The position numbers and the translations under genes are program-made. Positions 1 through 9,307 of a DNA stretch of 64,000 nt are shown here, piece by piece (position 1 is the stretch's first letter; each line of letters opens with the position of its first letter). The stretch is taken from NCBI GenBank assembly GCA_013626165.1, contig NDHX01000005.1, positions 26,875 to 90,874 on the forward strand, read 5' to 3'. The notes under the pieces are model-generated. The model was not told where the DNA came from. It did not search any database and saw only the letters and a list, made by a program, of their open reading frames with translations. The stretch is from Candidatus Velesiimonas alkalicola (lineage in GTDB: Bacteria; Omnitrophota; Gorgyraeia; Velesiimonadales; Velesiimonadaceae).

Positions 1-330
1 AGATGTTCCTATTGACTATATGCCGTATATTCTACATCAAGCTGTTCAAGAGATAATAATATTTCAATTATAGATTTCTTATATTATATTCACCTTCCAG
101 TTATATATTTGGATTATAGAACAAGCCCTTAACCTGCCACTGTTCTGCCTTAAAAAACTTCAACGGTATTATTATACAGGGTGCACAACATATATGTAAT
201 AAAAGAGATTTGTCCAATCTTTTTCCTGTACCTTAAAAACAAAAAGGCATATTATGTTCTGATCTGTGTCTTGCTTTATCCGCTTTACTTCCTGTTTTTC
301 CCTTCATAAGGGTTCTAATCCTTTAATTTA

Positions 331-405
331 TGGAGCTGGTGGAGGGATTTGAACCCCCGACCAGAGGTTTACAAAACCCCTGCTCTGCCCCTGAGCTACA
401 CCAGC
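331..405 (-). tRNA. tRNA-Thr (anticodon UGU)
   Basis: The reverse complement folds as a cloverleaf: acceptor GCTGGTG/CACCAGC, anticodon loop TTTGTAA (TGT), T-arm GGGGG-TTCAAAT-CCCTC, discriminator T and an encoded CCA. Confidence 0.8.
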
Positions 406-515
406 ATAAATAAGATTCAAAATCTATCCACTATGTTATTTTATATTTATTTATAACTTTTGCAACAAAATTTAGTAATAATTTTAAGAATGGGAGAAGA
501 CAGAATATACCCATA

Positions 516-863
516 TTAGGAAGTAAGGATGAGAGGTAAGTGAGACAGGGGAAAGATGGTATTTCCGCCAATTCTACAATATCCATAGATGCCGCTTTCT
601 AAAATGTAGGGAAGGAAAAAAAATGCACCGGCAATCTGACACTTAGCCCGAAATAGCTCTGGTCTGGCTGTATCTATATTTTGAGAACGTGCCGGAATAA
701 TACTTCTCTTTCTGCTGATACCTATCTTCTGATAACTACGACGGTGTAATTTGGGAAATCCTGCGCTGGTTAAGAACCTTTCTATGGTCCGAACACTGAT
801 CGCAATGTTGTTGGTCTTTAGTTGTTGTTTTTCCAAAACTTTATATTCTGTCATACCGAGCAT
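516..863 (-). pseudogene. Transposase N-terminal fragment (HTH-like), family unassigned. It looks like a remnant sitting next to tRNA-Gln.
   Basis: 115-aa ORF with an HTH-like segment (LKTNNIAISVRTIERFL...KLHRRSYQKI) resembling N-termini of rve/IS481-like transposases. There is no catalytic domain, and it lies immediately 3' of a tRNA gene. Confidence 0.3.
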
Positions 864-957
864 ATTCCCTCTTTTAAATTAACTAATGAAGGGCGGAGTG
901 AAAATACTGGATTCCCGCCACACACATTAGTGGGCCTACCTTCTTCAAACCAGAAAT

Positions 958-1031
958 TGGCTGCCCGGCGAGGACTCGGACCTCGAGTAACGGCTCCAAA
1001 GGCCGCTGTGTTACCATTACACTACCGGGCA
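958..1031 (-). tRNA. tRNA-Gln (anticodon UUG)
   Basis: The reverse complement reads TGCCCGG TA GTGT AATGGTA ACAC A GCGGC CTTTGGA GCCGT TACT CGAGG TCCGAGT CCTCG CCGGGCA G CCA. U1:A72 plus discriminator G73 are the Gln identity set, and the anticodon is TTG. Confidence 0.75.
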
Positions 1032-1136
1032 AGAAAATTTTGGCTGTTTTTTCTTAGGAGAGCCTCTTGCATGACCGCCCCACCTAACCCCATTAGACCT
1101 ACCTGTCGCGGGCAGGCTCGTGAAACTTAAAAAGCA

Positions 1137-1262
1137 ACTGATGCACTACTGGTGCTCTGATGCTCTGGTGTTCTAATGCTCTGGTGTTCTGGTGTTCTGC
1201 CTGTCTGCGTGCTGTAGCACAGCACAGGCAGGGTGCACTGGTGCTCTGGTGTTCTGGTGCAT
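1137..1262. repeat. Tandem heptamer array, unit CTGGTG(C/T)T on this strand (complement of GCACCAG). It has an internal palindrome GTGCTGT-AGC-ACAGCAC and ends with the 35-bp block CTGGTGCATTTGAAATTAGTGGGATTGGGGTTGTGCA.
   Basis: Repeated ctggtgctctg / ctggtgttctg units are seen directly. The same terminal 35-mer recurs at 35244-35281. Confidence 0.8.
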
Positions 1263-1386
1263 TTGAAATTAGTGGGATTGGGGTTGTGCAATGGGCTCTG
1301 TTACACAAACTTACTACAGGATTGTCAAAATCAGCACCACTTATCAAACCACCCTTTTAAATTTCTTTTATTTCCCTGCATTCTTT

Positions 1387-3243
1387 TCAACAGGCAGAAA
1401 ACAACATTGCATCTGCAAACTTGTCTTGAAAATCCCTTGAAACAGAAAGCTCTATATACTCTGTCTCTGTTGATATATCCTCAACAACACCGTGAAGCTT
1501 TCTTGAAAGAAGGAGCAACCTTGCCCCCGATAGTGCGGCATTGCCTACAAACCTTATCCTCTCAGAAGCAATATCAGGGATAAGACCAATCCTTTTTGCG
1601 TTGCTTCTTCTTATAAAATTTCCGAACCCGCCTGCAAGAAATACCTCCGATATGTCTTCATCTGTTATACCATATTGTTTTTCAAGTATCTTTATACCTG
1701 CAAATATTGCAGCTTTCCCAAGCTGTAATTCTCTTATATCTTTCTGTGTTATATACACAGGATGCCCTGCTCTTGTGTTTTCTGCATTAACAAGTCTGAA
1801 ATCAAACCCCTTTTTTGAAGAAATTATCCTTTCAGCAATTTTTTCAGGAATCTTTCCTTTCAGAACATCCGGCGACTGTATTCTCCCTGTTTTATCTATA
1901 ACACCTGTTCGGACCATCTCTGCAACCGCATCTATAAGCCCTGAGCCACATATACCACAAGGGGGCTGGTTTGCTATTGTATTAACAAGGACATCTTCTG
2001 CAAAAATAACCTTTTCTATTGCACCAGCAGATGCTCTCATCCCCTGTGATATCCGTGCCCCTTCAAATGCAGGGCCTGCTGCTGTTGAGGCAGAGATAAG
2101 TCTTTTTCTGTTGCCAAGAACTATTTCTCCGTTTGTTCCTATATCAACCGAGAGCCTTATTTTTTCTGACTCATGCTGTCTTGTGGAAAGTATCACAGAG
2201 ACTGTGTCTCCTCCTACAAATCCCCCTATATTAGGAAATACACATACTGTTCCATTGGGACTTATCTGGAGTCCTAACTTTTTTGCTTTTACATCTGTGC
2301 CTTCACGAAACACAAGAGAAAATGGAACAAAACCAAGTCCTTCGGGGGATATTTTTAATACTATGTGTTGCATTGTTGAATTACCGCACAGAACTATTTT
2401 GTATATCTGTTCAACTGATATACCCGCAGAAGAAGCCATTTCCTGTATCATCTCATTCATTGTCCCTATAATTGAAAGGTGAAGTCTTTCAAGACCGTCT
2501 TTATTATTGATTATAAACTGGATTCTTGATACAACATCATCCCCGTATATTGCTTGCGGATTCATTCTTGCAGTAAGTGCAATCTCTTTTCCTGTATTAG
2601 CATCAAGAAGTGCAGAAACAACTGTTGATGTCCCTATGTCAAATGCAACGCCGTAGTTAATCCCCGTTGTATCGCCCGGTTCAAGGTTTATAAGTTCTCC
2701 GTCTGAAAACACACAGGTGCATTTGTAATCCTGTTTTTTTAAAAAATTGCGAATCTTTCTTAATATGTAAATATCTACACAGAATTTTTCACCCACATTT
2801 TTCCTGATAAGGTCAAGGTCGGATATCTGGTTATCAAGTGTGGCGGGGGGAAGTTCTGTGTACTTTTTCCATACGCTTGGATGTATCTGTTTTTCGCCCT
2901 CTATACCCAGGGTAAGTATCTTCTGTGCCGACAACCTTGTTTGTGCCGGGATTAGTATTTTACAATCCGAATTTATTTTAGACTGGCAGGACATCCTGAA
3001 ACCGGAAGATACAGCTTCCTTTCCCAATACCTTTTCCTCTGTTGGGCTTGCAGACATCTGCCCTTCAATAATCTTTATCTTGCATTTTCCACACAGTCCC
3101 TTACCGCCGCAGGGGGCTTCCATTACTATATTTGCCGATGCCGCCGCCTCAAGAATACTTGTCCCTGGGATTACAAATATTTCCTTTTCCTCTGGAAGTA
3201 CTGTTACCCTCACAGTTGGGTTCATCTGTTCTCCTGCAAACAC
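1387..3243 (-). CDS. ASKHA-domain protein with an N-terminal 2Fe-2S ferredoxin domain (DUF4445 / RACo-like corrinoid activation protein family)
   Basis: 618 aa. N-terminal plant-type ferredoxin Cys motif CGGKGLCGKCK, then a long ASKHA/DUF4445 region with Gly-rich motifs (DIGTSTV, DIGTNGEIVLG). Confidence 0.8.
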   Translation of the reverse strand: MFAGEQMNPTVRVTVLPEEKEIFVIPGTSILEAAASANIVMEAPCGGKGLCGKCKIKIIEGQMSASPTEEKVLGKEAVSSGFRMSCQSKINSDCKILIPAQTRLSAQKILTLGIEGEKQIHPSVWKKYTELPPATLDNQISDLDLIRKNVGEKFCVDIYILRKIRNFLKKQDYKCTCVFSDGELINLEPGDTTGINYGVAFDIGTSTVVSALLDANTGKEIALTARMNPQAIYGDDVVSRIQFIINNKDGLERLHLSIIGTMNEMIQEMASSAGISVEQIYKIVLCGNSTMQHIVLKISPEGLGFVPFSLVFREGTDVKAKKLGLQISPNGTVCVFPNIGGFVGGDTVSVILSTRQHESEKIRLSVDIGTNGEIVLGNRKRLISASTAAGPAFEGARISQGMRASAGAIEKVIFAEDVLVNTIANQPPCGICGSGLIDAVAEMVRTGVIDKTGRIQSPDVLKGKIPEKIAERIISSKKGFDFRLVNAENTRAGHPVYITQKDIRELQLGKAAIFAGIKILEKQYGITDEDISEVFLAGGFGNFIRRSNAKRIGLIPDIASERIRFVGNAALSGARLLLLSRKLHGVVEDISTETEYIELSVSRDFQDKFADAMLFSAC

Positions 3244-3551
3244 TTGTGGCTATACAACACTCTTAATTTGAAATTTAGAGGATATCACGCCATCAATCTT
3301 GTGTGGGTCAAATGAGATATTCTCTATGTAGTTTCTTAAATATATGACAATATCCTGGATAGAATTTTATGTTCAGAGACTCAATAATGGCAAGATTTTT
3401 AATAAGAAGCCTCTGGAGCATATTCAAATTATAACACATTACAAAAAATATATGATAAATATTTAATTTCTCCTTTTTTAACACAGGAGGCTTTTTTATT
3501 GAAATTCTGTTATAATATTTTTAAGCGTAGGACTTGATGGTATGTCTGTGA

Positions 3552-3707
3552 AGCATTATTGAGCAAGGTCTGGGACTTTGCCTCTACAAAGACACAGGAA
3601 CAGTTGATGCCCCTGTAAGAAGGATAAGAAGTAAAATAGAAACCACAGGTAAAACATACATAGAAACAACTCACAATGTGGGCTATAGACTTTGCAAGGA
3701 CATATGA
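3552..3707 (+). pseudogene. Remnant C-terminal winged-helix of an OmpR/PhoB-family response regulator (truncated, no receiver domain)
   Basis: The open frame after an in-frame TGA encodes ...TGTVDAPVRRIRSKIETTGKTYIETTHNVGYRLCKDI*. This matches the OmpR-family C-terminal consensus (TVDVHIRRLRKKIE...IETVRGVGYRL). No upstream receiver coding sequence is present. Confidence 0.4.
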
Positions 3708-4804
3708 GCATTATGAAAAGTATTGTTTCTATACACAGGTGTCCAACATATCACATAGACGATGTGCAACAGGCAGTTGAAAGGTGTTTAACTGATATCG
3801 GGGGTATAGAAAGTATTGTTAAAAAACACAACAGGGTCCTTATTAAACCAAACCTGCTTTCCGCATCAGAGCCATTTTTAGCCATTACAACACATCCGGA
3901 ATTTATAAGAGCGGTTGTAAGAATAGTCCACCGTGTGGGTGCAAAAGCAATTATTGGAGATTCATGCTATGGAAGTGTAAGGATGGAAGAGGTGTATGAA
4001 AAAACGGGGGTAAAAAGGATATGTGAGCAGGAAAATGCAGAATGTATATTTTTCAATAAGGTGACAGACTGGAAAATACCCCTGGCAAGTATTGCTCTTG
4101 AATCAGATGTTATTATAAATCTTCCTAAATTCAAGACACATAATCTTACAATACTTACAGGTGGAATAAAAAATATGTTTGGTATCGTACCCGGTACGCA
4201 GAAAATAAATTACCACAGCGACTATCCTTCAATACAAGAATTTTCAAAACTTTTAATAGATATACTTGAAAAAGTAAAGCCACACCTTACAATTATGGAT
4301 GGTATAATAGGGCTTGAAGGCGACGGACCCGGTTCAGCCGGCAAAGCACGGAACATAGGATTAATATTGTGTTCAAGAGATGTTGTGGCATTAGATACCG
4401 TTATGGCTGTTATGATGGGACTTGACCCCTTGCATATCCCGATGTTAAGAATTGCAGATGTAAGAGGCATCGGAAACTGTAAAATGGAAGATATAGAAAT
4501 AGATGGCGAAAGCACTTTTGCAAAACCTATCCCTGGTTTTATTTTACCAAAATCAGGTATAATATTGAAAATACCTTCGGCAACATTAAAGTTAGTTGGC
4601 AGGTTTATAAGTATTATGCCCGTTTTTAAAAAACAGGTTTGTTCTAAGTGCGGTCTTTGTGTAAAGAGTTGTCCGAAAGGTGCAATTGTTTTTAAGAAAA
4701 ACTTTCTATCTCTTGATGTCCACAGGTGTATATCCTGTCTTTGTTGTCAAGAGATTTGTCCCAGGGGGGCGGTAAAGGCAAAAATTTGTTTTAGATTTAA
4801 GTAG
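3692..4804 (+). CDS. DUF362 domain protein with C-terminal 4Fe-4S ferredoxin-type Cys clusters
   Basis: 370 aa (tracked ORF begins with TTG; the ATG at 3704 is a more likely start). The DUF362-like core is followed by two CxxCxxCxxxCP motifs (CSKCGLCVKSCP, CISCLCCQEICP). Confidence 0.8.
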   Translation: MQGHMSIMKSIVSIHRCPTYHIDDVQQAVERCLTDIGGIESIVKKHNRVLIKPNLLSASEPFLAITTHPEFIRAVVRIVHRVGAKAIIGDSCYGSVRMEEVYEKTGVKRICEQENAECIFFNKVTDWKIPLASIALESDVIINLPKFKTHNLTILTGGIKNMFGIVPGTQKINYHSDYPSIQEFSKLLIDILEKVKPHLTIMDGIIGLEGDGPGSAGKARNIGLILCSRDVVALDTVMAVMMGLDPLHIPMLRIADVRGIGNCKMEDIEIDGESTFAKPIPGFILPKSGIILKIPSATLKLVGRFISIMPVFKKQVCSKCGLCVKSCPKGAIVFKKNFLSLDVHRCISCLCCQEICPRGAVKAKICFRFK

Positions 4805-4811
4805 GGGGCAT

Positions 4812-5471
4812 ATGTCAAAGATAAAACCTTCGTCAGATTTTAGGGCAGAAGATACATGGAGAGTATTCAGGATAATGAGTGAATTTATAGATGGTTTTGA
4901 AACCCTTGCAGTGCTTCCTCCTGCAGTATCTATATTTGGTTCAACAAAGGCAGTGCCATCTGATGCTGATTACCAGACTGCACAAAAAATAGCCGCAATT
5001 GCCGTAAAAAAAGGACTTGCTGTTATAACAGGAGCAGGTCCAGGGATTATGGAAGCGGCAAACAAGGGCGCATTTAATGCAGGCGGTGAATCAATAGGGC
5101 TGAACATAGAACTTCCAACACAGCAAAAACCCAACCCTTATGTAAAACATCTTTTGCGGTTCAGATATTTTTTTGTAAGAAAGGTTATGTTTGTAAAATA
5201 TGCGGTGGCATTTGTATTTTTACCCGGCGGATATGGAACATTAGACGAATTTTTTGAAATACTCACACTGTTTCAGACAAAAAGACTTTCCCCTGTAACA
5301 ATTGTATTGGTGAACAAAAAGTATTGGAATGGGCTTATACAATGGCTCACAGATACAACCCTAAAACAGGGAAAGATAAGTAAAGACGATTTAAGACTGT
5401 TTCATATCGTTGATACTCCTGAACAGGCAATAAGAATTATATGCAAGAATTTGAAATGCTCTCAAAAATAA
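4812..5471 (+). CDS. LOG family protein (TIGR00730 Rossmann-fold, cytokinin riboside 5'-monophosphate phosphoribohydrolase-like)
   Basis: 219 aa with motifs GAGPGIMEAANKGA and PGGYGTLDE, which are typical of LOG / lysine-decarboxylase-like proteins. Confidence 0.8.
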   Translation: MSKIKPSSDFRAEDTWRVFRIMSEFIDGFETLAVLPPAVSIFGSTKAVPSDADYQTAQKIAAIAVKKGLAVITGAGPGIMEAANKGAFNAGGESIGLNIELPTQQKPNPYVKHLLRFRYFFVRKVMFVKYAVAFVFLPGGYGTLDEFFEILTLFQTKRLSPVTIVLVNKKYWNGLIQWLTDTTLKQGKISKDDLRLFHIVDTPEQAIRIICKNLKCSQK

Positions 5472-6349
5472 GAAACATATTTAAGACAAAGGATAGAAAT
5501 ATCCTTGTGGGTATAGGAGACGATGCGGCTGTTATAGGTCTGGATGCAAGCGAACATCTTGTTTTTGCCACAGATATGATTGTAGAGGGTATTGATTTTA
5601 AGATAAGGAATAAAAACGACGCATTTCTTGCCGGGAGAAAATCACTGGCAATAAATTTAAGTGATATTGCCGCAATGTCCGGGATTCCGCTGTATTGCGT
5701 TGTCGGTGTTGTTCTTCCAGATAAATATGGGTGGCAGATTTTAAAAAAGATTGCAAAAGGAATAAAACATATTGCCGATCAATTTGATGTCCAAGTAGTC
5801 GGCGGGGACCTATCCTCAGGCAAATATTTGCAGATAACAATTGCAATAATCGGGAAAACAAAAAATAAAAAATTTATCACAAGAAAAGGCGCAAAAATTG
5901 CAGACAGAATCCTCGTAACAGGTTCCCTGGGTGGTTCAATAAAAGGGCGTCATCTTAAATTTATCCCCCGCTTGAAAGAGGCCCAGAGCCTTGTTAAGAA
6001 TTTTAAAATAAATTCTATGATAGACATCTCAGACGGACTTGGTTCTGATATTAAAAGGATATGCGAAGAAAGCAAAACCGGTTGCAGGATATACGCAAAA
6101 AGTATTCCTCTGTCAAAGGATGCAAAAGATGTTCACTCGGCATTGAACGATGGAGAAGATTTTGAACTTCTGTTCACAGCAGATCAGGAACAGGCAAAAA
6201 ACATTATTAAACAGGCAAAAGATAAAATTGAAGTTAAAATTACAGATATAGGCGAAATCCTGCCTAAAAGCAAGGGGATGTATTTAGAATTTGAAAAAGG
6301 GGAAAGTATTAAGATACAGGCAATGGGTTATGAGCATTTTAAAAATTGA
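5441..6349 (+). CDS. thiL: Thiamine-monophosphate kinase
   Basis: 302 aa with GDDAAV...ATDMIVEGIDF and a PurM-like fold signature. Overlaps the stop of the upstream LOG gene. Confidence 0.85.
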   Translation: MQEFEMLSKIRNIFKTKDRNILVGIGDDAAVIGLDASEHLVFATDMIVEGIDFKIRNKNDAFLAGRKSLAINLSDIAAMSGIPLYCVVGVVLPDKYGWQILKKIAKGIKHIADQFDVQVVGGDLSSGKYLQITIAIIGKTKNKKFITRKGAKIADRILVTGSLGGSIKGRHLKFIPRLKEAQSLVKNFKINSMIDISDGLGSDIKRICEESKTGCRIYAKSIPLSKDAKDVHSALNDGEDFELLFTADQEQAKNIIKQAKDKIEVKITDIGEILPKSKGMYLEFEKGESIKIQAMGYEHFKN

Positions 6350-6557
6350 TAACCTTGGGCCTTCCCTAAAAAATATTTTTCAAGGGGGCTGGACTGACTT
6401 CTTAAAAAAAGGACTGGGTGAAAAACTACCTAAACCAATGGCTGAAAAATGAAGTGGCCCAATTAAAAAATTAGAATCTCATCAAAAGTGGGAAATACCT
6501 CAATAATACAGGCACAAAGACCTGAGCACTACCTGTAAATTTATCAGTTTAACAAGT

Positions 6558-6585
6558 TTGACAGGATAACAATTATTGATATAAT
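6558..6585 (+). promoter_or_regulatory. Sigma70-like promoter, TTGACA-N16-TATAAT
   Basis: Perfect -35 TTGACA (6558-6563) and perfect -10 TATAAT (6580-6585) with a 16-bp spacer, upstream of a mini-ORF and purB. Confidence 0.6.
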
Positions 6586-6606
6586 ATTTGTTGGAAAGGA
6601 GGGTGT

Positions 6607-6648
6607 ATGGACGGAGGATGTTCAAAGAAAAAACCCAAAAAAAAGTAG
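6607..6648 (+). CDS. Lys-rich 13-codon mini-ORF (MDGGCSKKKPKKK), possibly a leader peptide
   Basis: ATG 21 nt downstream of the promoter -10, preceded by GGAAAGGAGGG (SD-like). It ends in TAG and is followed by a hairpin. Confidence 0.3.
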   Translation: MDGGCSKKKPKKK

Positions 6649-6671
6649 GACAAGAGTCCTGCGGGAACAAT

Positions 6672-6713
6672 AAAAGCCCATCAGCTGAGGTGAGGTTGAC
6701 GGGCTTTTATTGT
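6672..6713. terminator. Hairpin AAAAGCCC...GGGCTTTT (bidirectional terminator-like or attenuator) between the mini-ORF and purB
   Basis: 8-bp stem AAAAGCCC/GGGCTTTT with U-rich tails on both strands and a large (~24-nt) loop. Confidence 0.4.
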
Positions 6714-6730
6714 GTTAAAGGGGGGAGGAA

Positions 6731-8035
6731 ATGATATCAAGATATACACTGCCACAGATGGGAAATATATGGTCTGAACAGAATAAATTCAAAACCTGGC
6801 TTGATGTAGAAATTGCAGCACTTGAGGCACAGTGCGAGATTGGAAGTATTCCTAAAAATGTTGTAGAAAGGATAAAGAAAAATGTCAAATTTGATGTCAA
6901 AAAAATAGAAGAGATTGAGTTCGGCAAAGGAGGAACAGGTCACGACTTACTTGCATTTCTTAAAAACCTTTCTGAATATGTAAAAGAAGACTTAAGGTAC
7001 ATTCACGTCGGTTTAACCTCCTATGATATAGAAGATACTGCTCTTGCAATCAGGCTTAAAGCATCTTCCGATCTAATTCTGAAAAATTTAAACAAACTAT
7101 CTTCTTTGTTAAAAACACTTTCAAAAAAATATACCATCACCCCAATGATTGGAAGAACACATGGTGTTCATGCAGAACCCATAACATTTGGTTTTAAGAT
7201 GGCAGTATGGTATCAGGAAATAAAAAGACACATAGAAAGGTTGTATCTTGCAAAAAAAACAATATCTGTGGGCAAAATTTCAGGCGCAGTTGGCACATTC
7301 TCTAATATAGACACAAGAATAGAAAAGATTGTATGCAAAAAACTAGGACTTGATGCTGATTTAATCTCAACACAGATTATACAAAGAGACAGGCATGCAT
7401 ATTTTGTTACAACACTTGCATTAATAGGAGCATCATTGGAAAAATTTGCAACAGAAATAAGAAACCTGCAAAGAACAGAAATACTTGAAGTAGAGGAGTT
7501 TTTCGGTAAAACACAGAAAGGCTCAAGTGCAATGCCCCATAAAAGAAATCCGATTATATCTGAAAGAATAACAGGGCTTGCAAGAGTGCTCAGGGGGTAT
7601 GCTTTAACCTCTATGGAAACAGTCTCACTATGGCATGAAAGAGATCTTACAAACTCATCTGCTGAAAGAATCATACTGCCTGATGCCTGTATTGCACTTG
7701 ACTATATAATTGTTAAATTAAGGGAGGTTCTTGAAAATCTAAATATATACCCTGAAAATATGTTAAAAAACATAAGTCACACAAGGGGGCTTATATTTTC
7801 ACAAAGGGTGATGCTAAAACTTTCTGAAAAAGGACTTTCAAGAGAAAAAGCATATGAGGTTGTTCAAAAAAATGCAATGAAATCACGAGAACAAGGTCTT
7901 GATTTTAAAAACCTGCTTATGCAAGATCAAGAAGTAAAAACCCTTCTTACAGAAAATGAACTAAACAATTGTTTTGATATAAAATACTACTTAAGAAATA
8001 TTCAGAAGGTCATAAAAAGAGCAATACAAAGATAG
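6731..8035 (+). CDS. purB: Adenylosuccinate lyase
   Basis: 434 aa. N-terminus MISRYTLPQMGNIWSEQNKF... and the fumarate-lyase signature GSSAMPHKRNP. Confidence 0.9.
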   Translation: MISRYTLPQMGNIWSEQNKFKTWLDVEIAALEAQCEIGSIPKNVVERIKKNVKFDVKKIEEIEFGKGGTGHDLLAFLKNLSEYVKEDLRYIHVGLTSYDIEDTALAIRLKASSDLILKNLNKLSSLLKTLSKKYTITPMIGRTHGVHAEPITFGFKMAVWYQEIKRHIERLYLAKKTISVGKISGAVGTFSNIDTRIEKIVCKKLGLDADLISTQIIQRDRHAYFVTTLALIGASLEKFATEIRNLQRTEILEVEEFFGKTQKGSSAMPHKRNPIISERITGLARVLRGYALTSMETVSLWHERDLTNSSAERIILPDACIALDYIIVKLREVLENLNIYPENMLKNISHTRGLIFSQRVMLKLSEKGLSREKAYEVVQKNAMKSREQGLDFKNLLMQDQEVKTLLTENELNNCFDIKYYLRNIQKVIKRAIQR

Positions 8036-8218
8036 TGGTGCCCTGTCCCTAAAATTCTGGCAGGGGAATGAAATGCCTGTTTAATCCTTATAATCATTGT
8101 GTTGGAATTTCAGGAAAAGACAGAAGGGCTTGGGTTTATTGTATAGAGTATTTTTAAACTTAGATTAGGAGATGAAAGCAAGATAAAGATAAAAAAGACA
8201 AAGACAATCAGTGTTTGT

Positions 8219-9307
8219 GTGTCTTTACGAAATATACAAGGAAGAACAGTGACACATCTTGAATTATTTAAATCTACAGTTGAACACAGGGGGAACAAAG
8301 AATTTTTATTTTATGCAGAGTTTACGCCTGAGGTTGATAAAAAAATCAGAGAGAAGTATAAACTTGATAAAAATGTCGACCTACGGGATTTTTTTGGTAT
8401 ATATCATCGTAACAATATATTCCCAGAGGCGATTCAAAAACAGAAGCCGGATTTCGATGTATATTTTGAGGATGTAGAAAAACCAGAAGGTTCATTTATA
8501 AATGAGTTAGGTGTGCTTGAAATTCCTGCAAAATTCTATCATTTTACTGGATATATAAGTCCTTTAAGAAACGCAAAAAGCTTTTCTGATATACAAAGAT
8601 TCCCATACCCTTCAAAAGAATTTGAGAAAGTTAGAATAAAAGAAAAAATAGATAATGTTCATAAAGAAGGAAGGGTTGCTTCCTGCTTTGTGGGGCATAT
8701 GTACGAAGACAGTTGGCAGGTCAGAGGATATGAAGAATTTTTGATAGATTTATTTGAACAGCCACAGTGGTGTGAATACATATTGGATAAATTTGCAGAA
8801 AAGAATCTTGAACTTGCGACATTTTTGGCAGAGGCAGGAGCAGATGTTATTGCAACAGGCGATGATGTTGCGAGCCAGAAAGCAATGATGTTTTCGCCAT
8901 CTGTATGGAGAAATTTTCTTAAACCAAGATGGGCAAAGATTTATAGTGCGGCAAGGAAGATAAAACCTGATATCCAGATATGGTATCACAGTGACGGCAA
9001 TATCACAGAAATTATACCTGACTTAATAGAAATTGGAATAACCATACTTAATCCTGTCCAACCTGAATGTATGTCCCCCATAGAGGTAAAAAAGAGATTT
9101 GGGAAGCAACTTGTATTAGATGGAACAATAGGGACCCAAACCACAATGCCATTTGGAACGCCTGAAGATATCAGAAAGGTTGTAGACGAAATGAAAAAAA
9201 CAGTTGGATATGATGGGGCATTAATACTTGCGCCTACACATATACTTGAACCTGATGTTTCAGTAGAAAATATAGTGGCATTTGTAAAAGCATGTAAGGA
9301 AGAATAA
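8219..9307 (+). CDS. Uroporphyrinogen decarboxylase (URO-D) family protein (MtaA/CmuA-like methyltransferase-type)
   Basis: 362 aa with URO-D-like TIM-barrel features; the C-terminal half resembles methylcobamide:CoM methyltransferase-like URO-D family members. Confidence 0.7.
   Translation: MSLRNIQGRTVTHLELFKSTVEHRGNKEFLFYAEFTPEVDKKIREKYKLDKNVDLRDFFGIYHRNNIFPEAIQKQKPDFDVYFEDVEKPEGSFINELGVLEIPAKFYHFTGYISPLRNAKSFSDIQRFPYPSKEFEKVRIKEKIDNVHKEGRVASCFVGHMYEDSWQVRGYEEFLIDLFEQPQWCEYILDKFAEKNLELATFLAEAGADVIATGDDVASQKAMMFSPSVWRNFLKPRWAKIYSAARKIKPDIQIWYHSDGNITEIIPDLIEIGITILNPVQPECMSPIEVKKRFGKQLVLDGTIGTQTTMPFGTPEDIRKVVDEMKKTVGYDGALILAPTHILEPDVSVENIVAFVKACKEE

Noticed and set aside
1137-1262. CRISPR array hypothesis for the CTGGTG/GCACCAG tandem repeats (also 26121-26171 and 35051-35250).
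   Set aside because: The unit is only 7-8 bp with no unique spacers and no cas genes. It is a microsatellite-like tandem array, not CRISPR.
1160-1583. ORFs 1160-1360 and 1233-1583 (MLWCS..., MHWCS...), plus ORF 35224-35310 inside the heptamer arrays.
   Set aside because: They are translations of the tandem repeat (repetitive LWCS/LVHLKLVGLGLC peptides). Also, 1387-3243 on the opposite strand is a strong gene.
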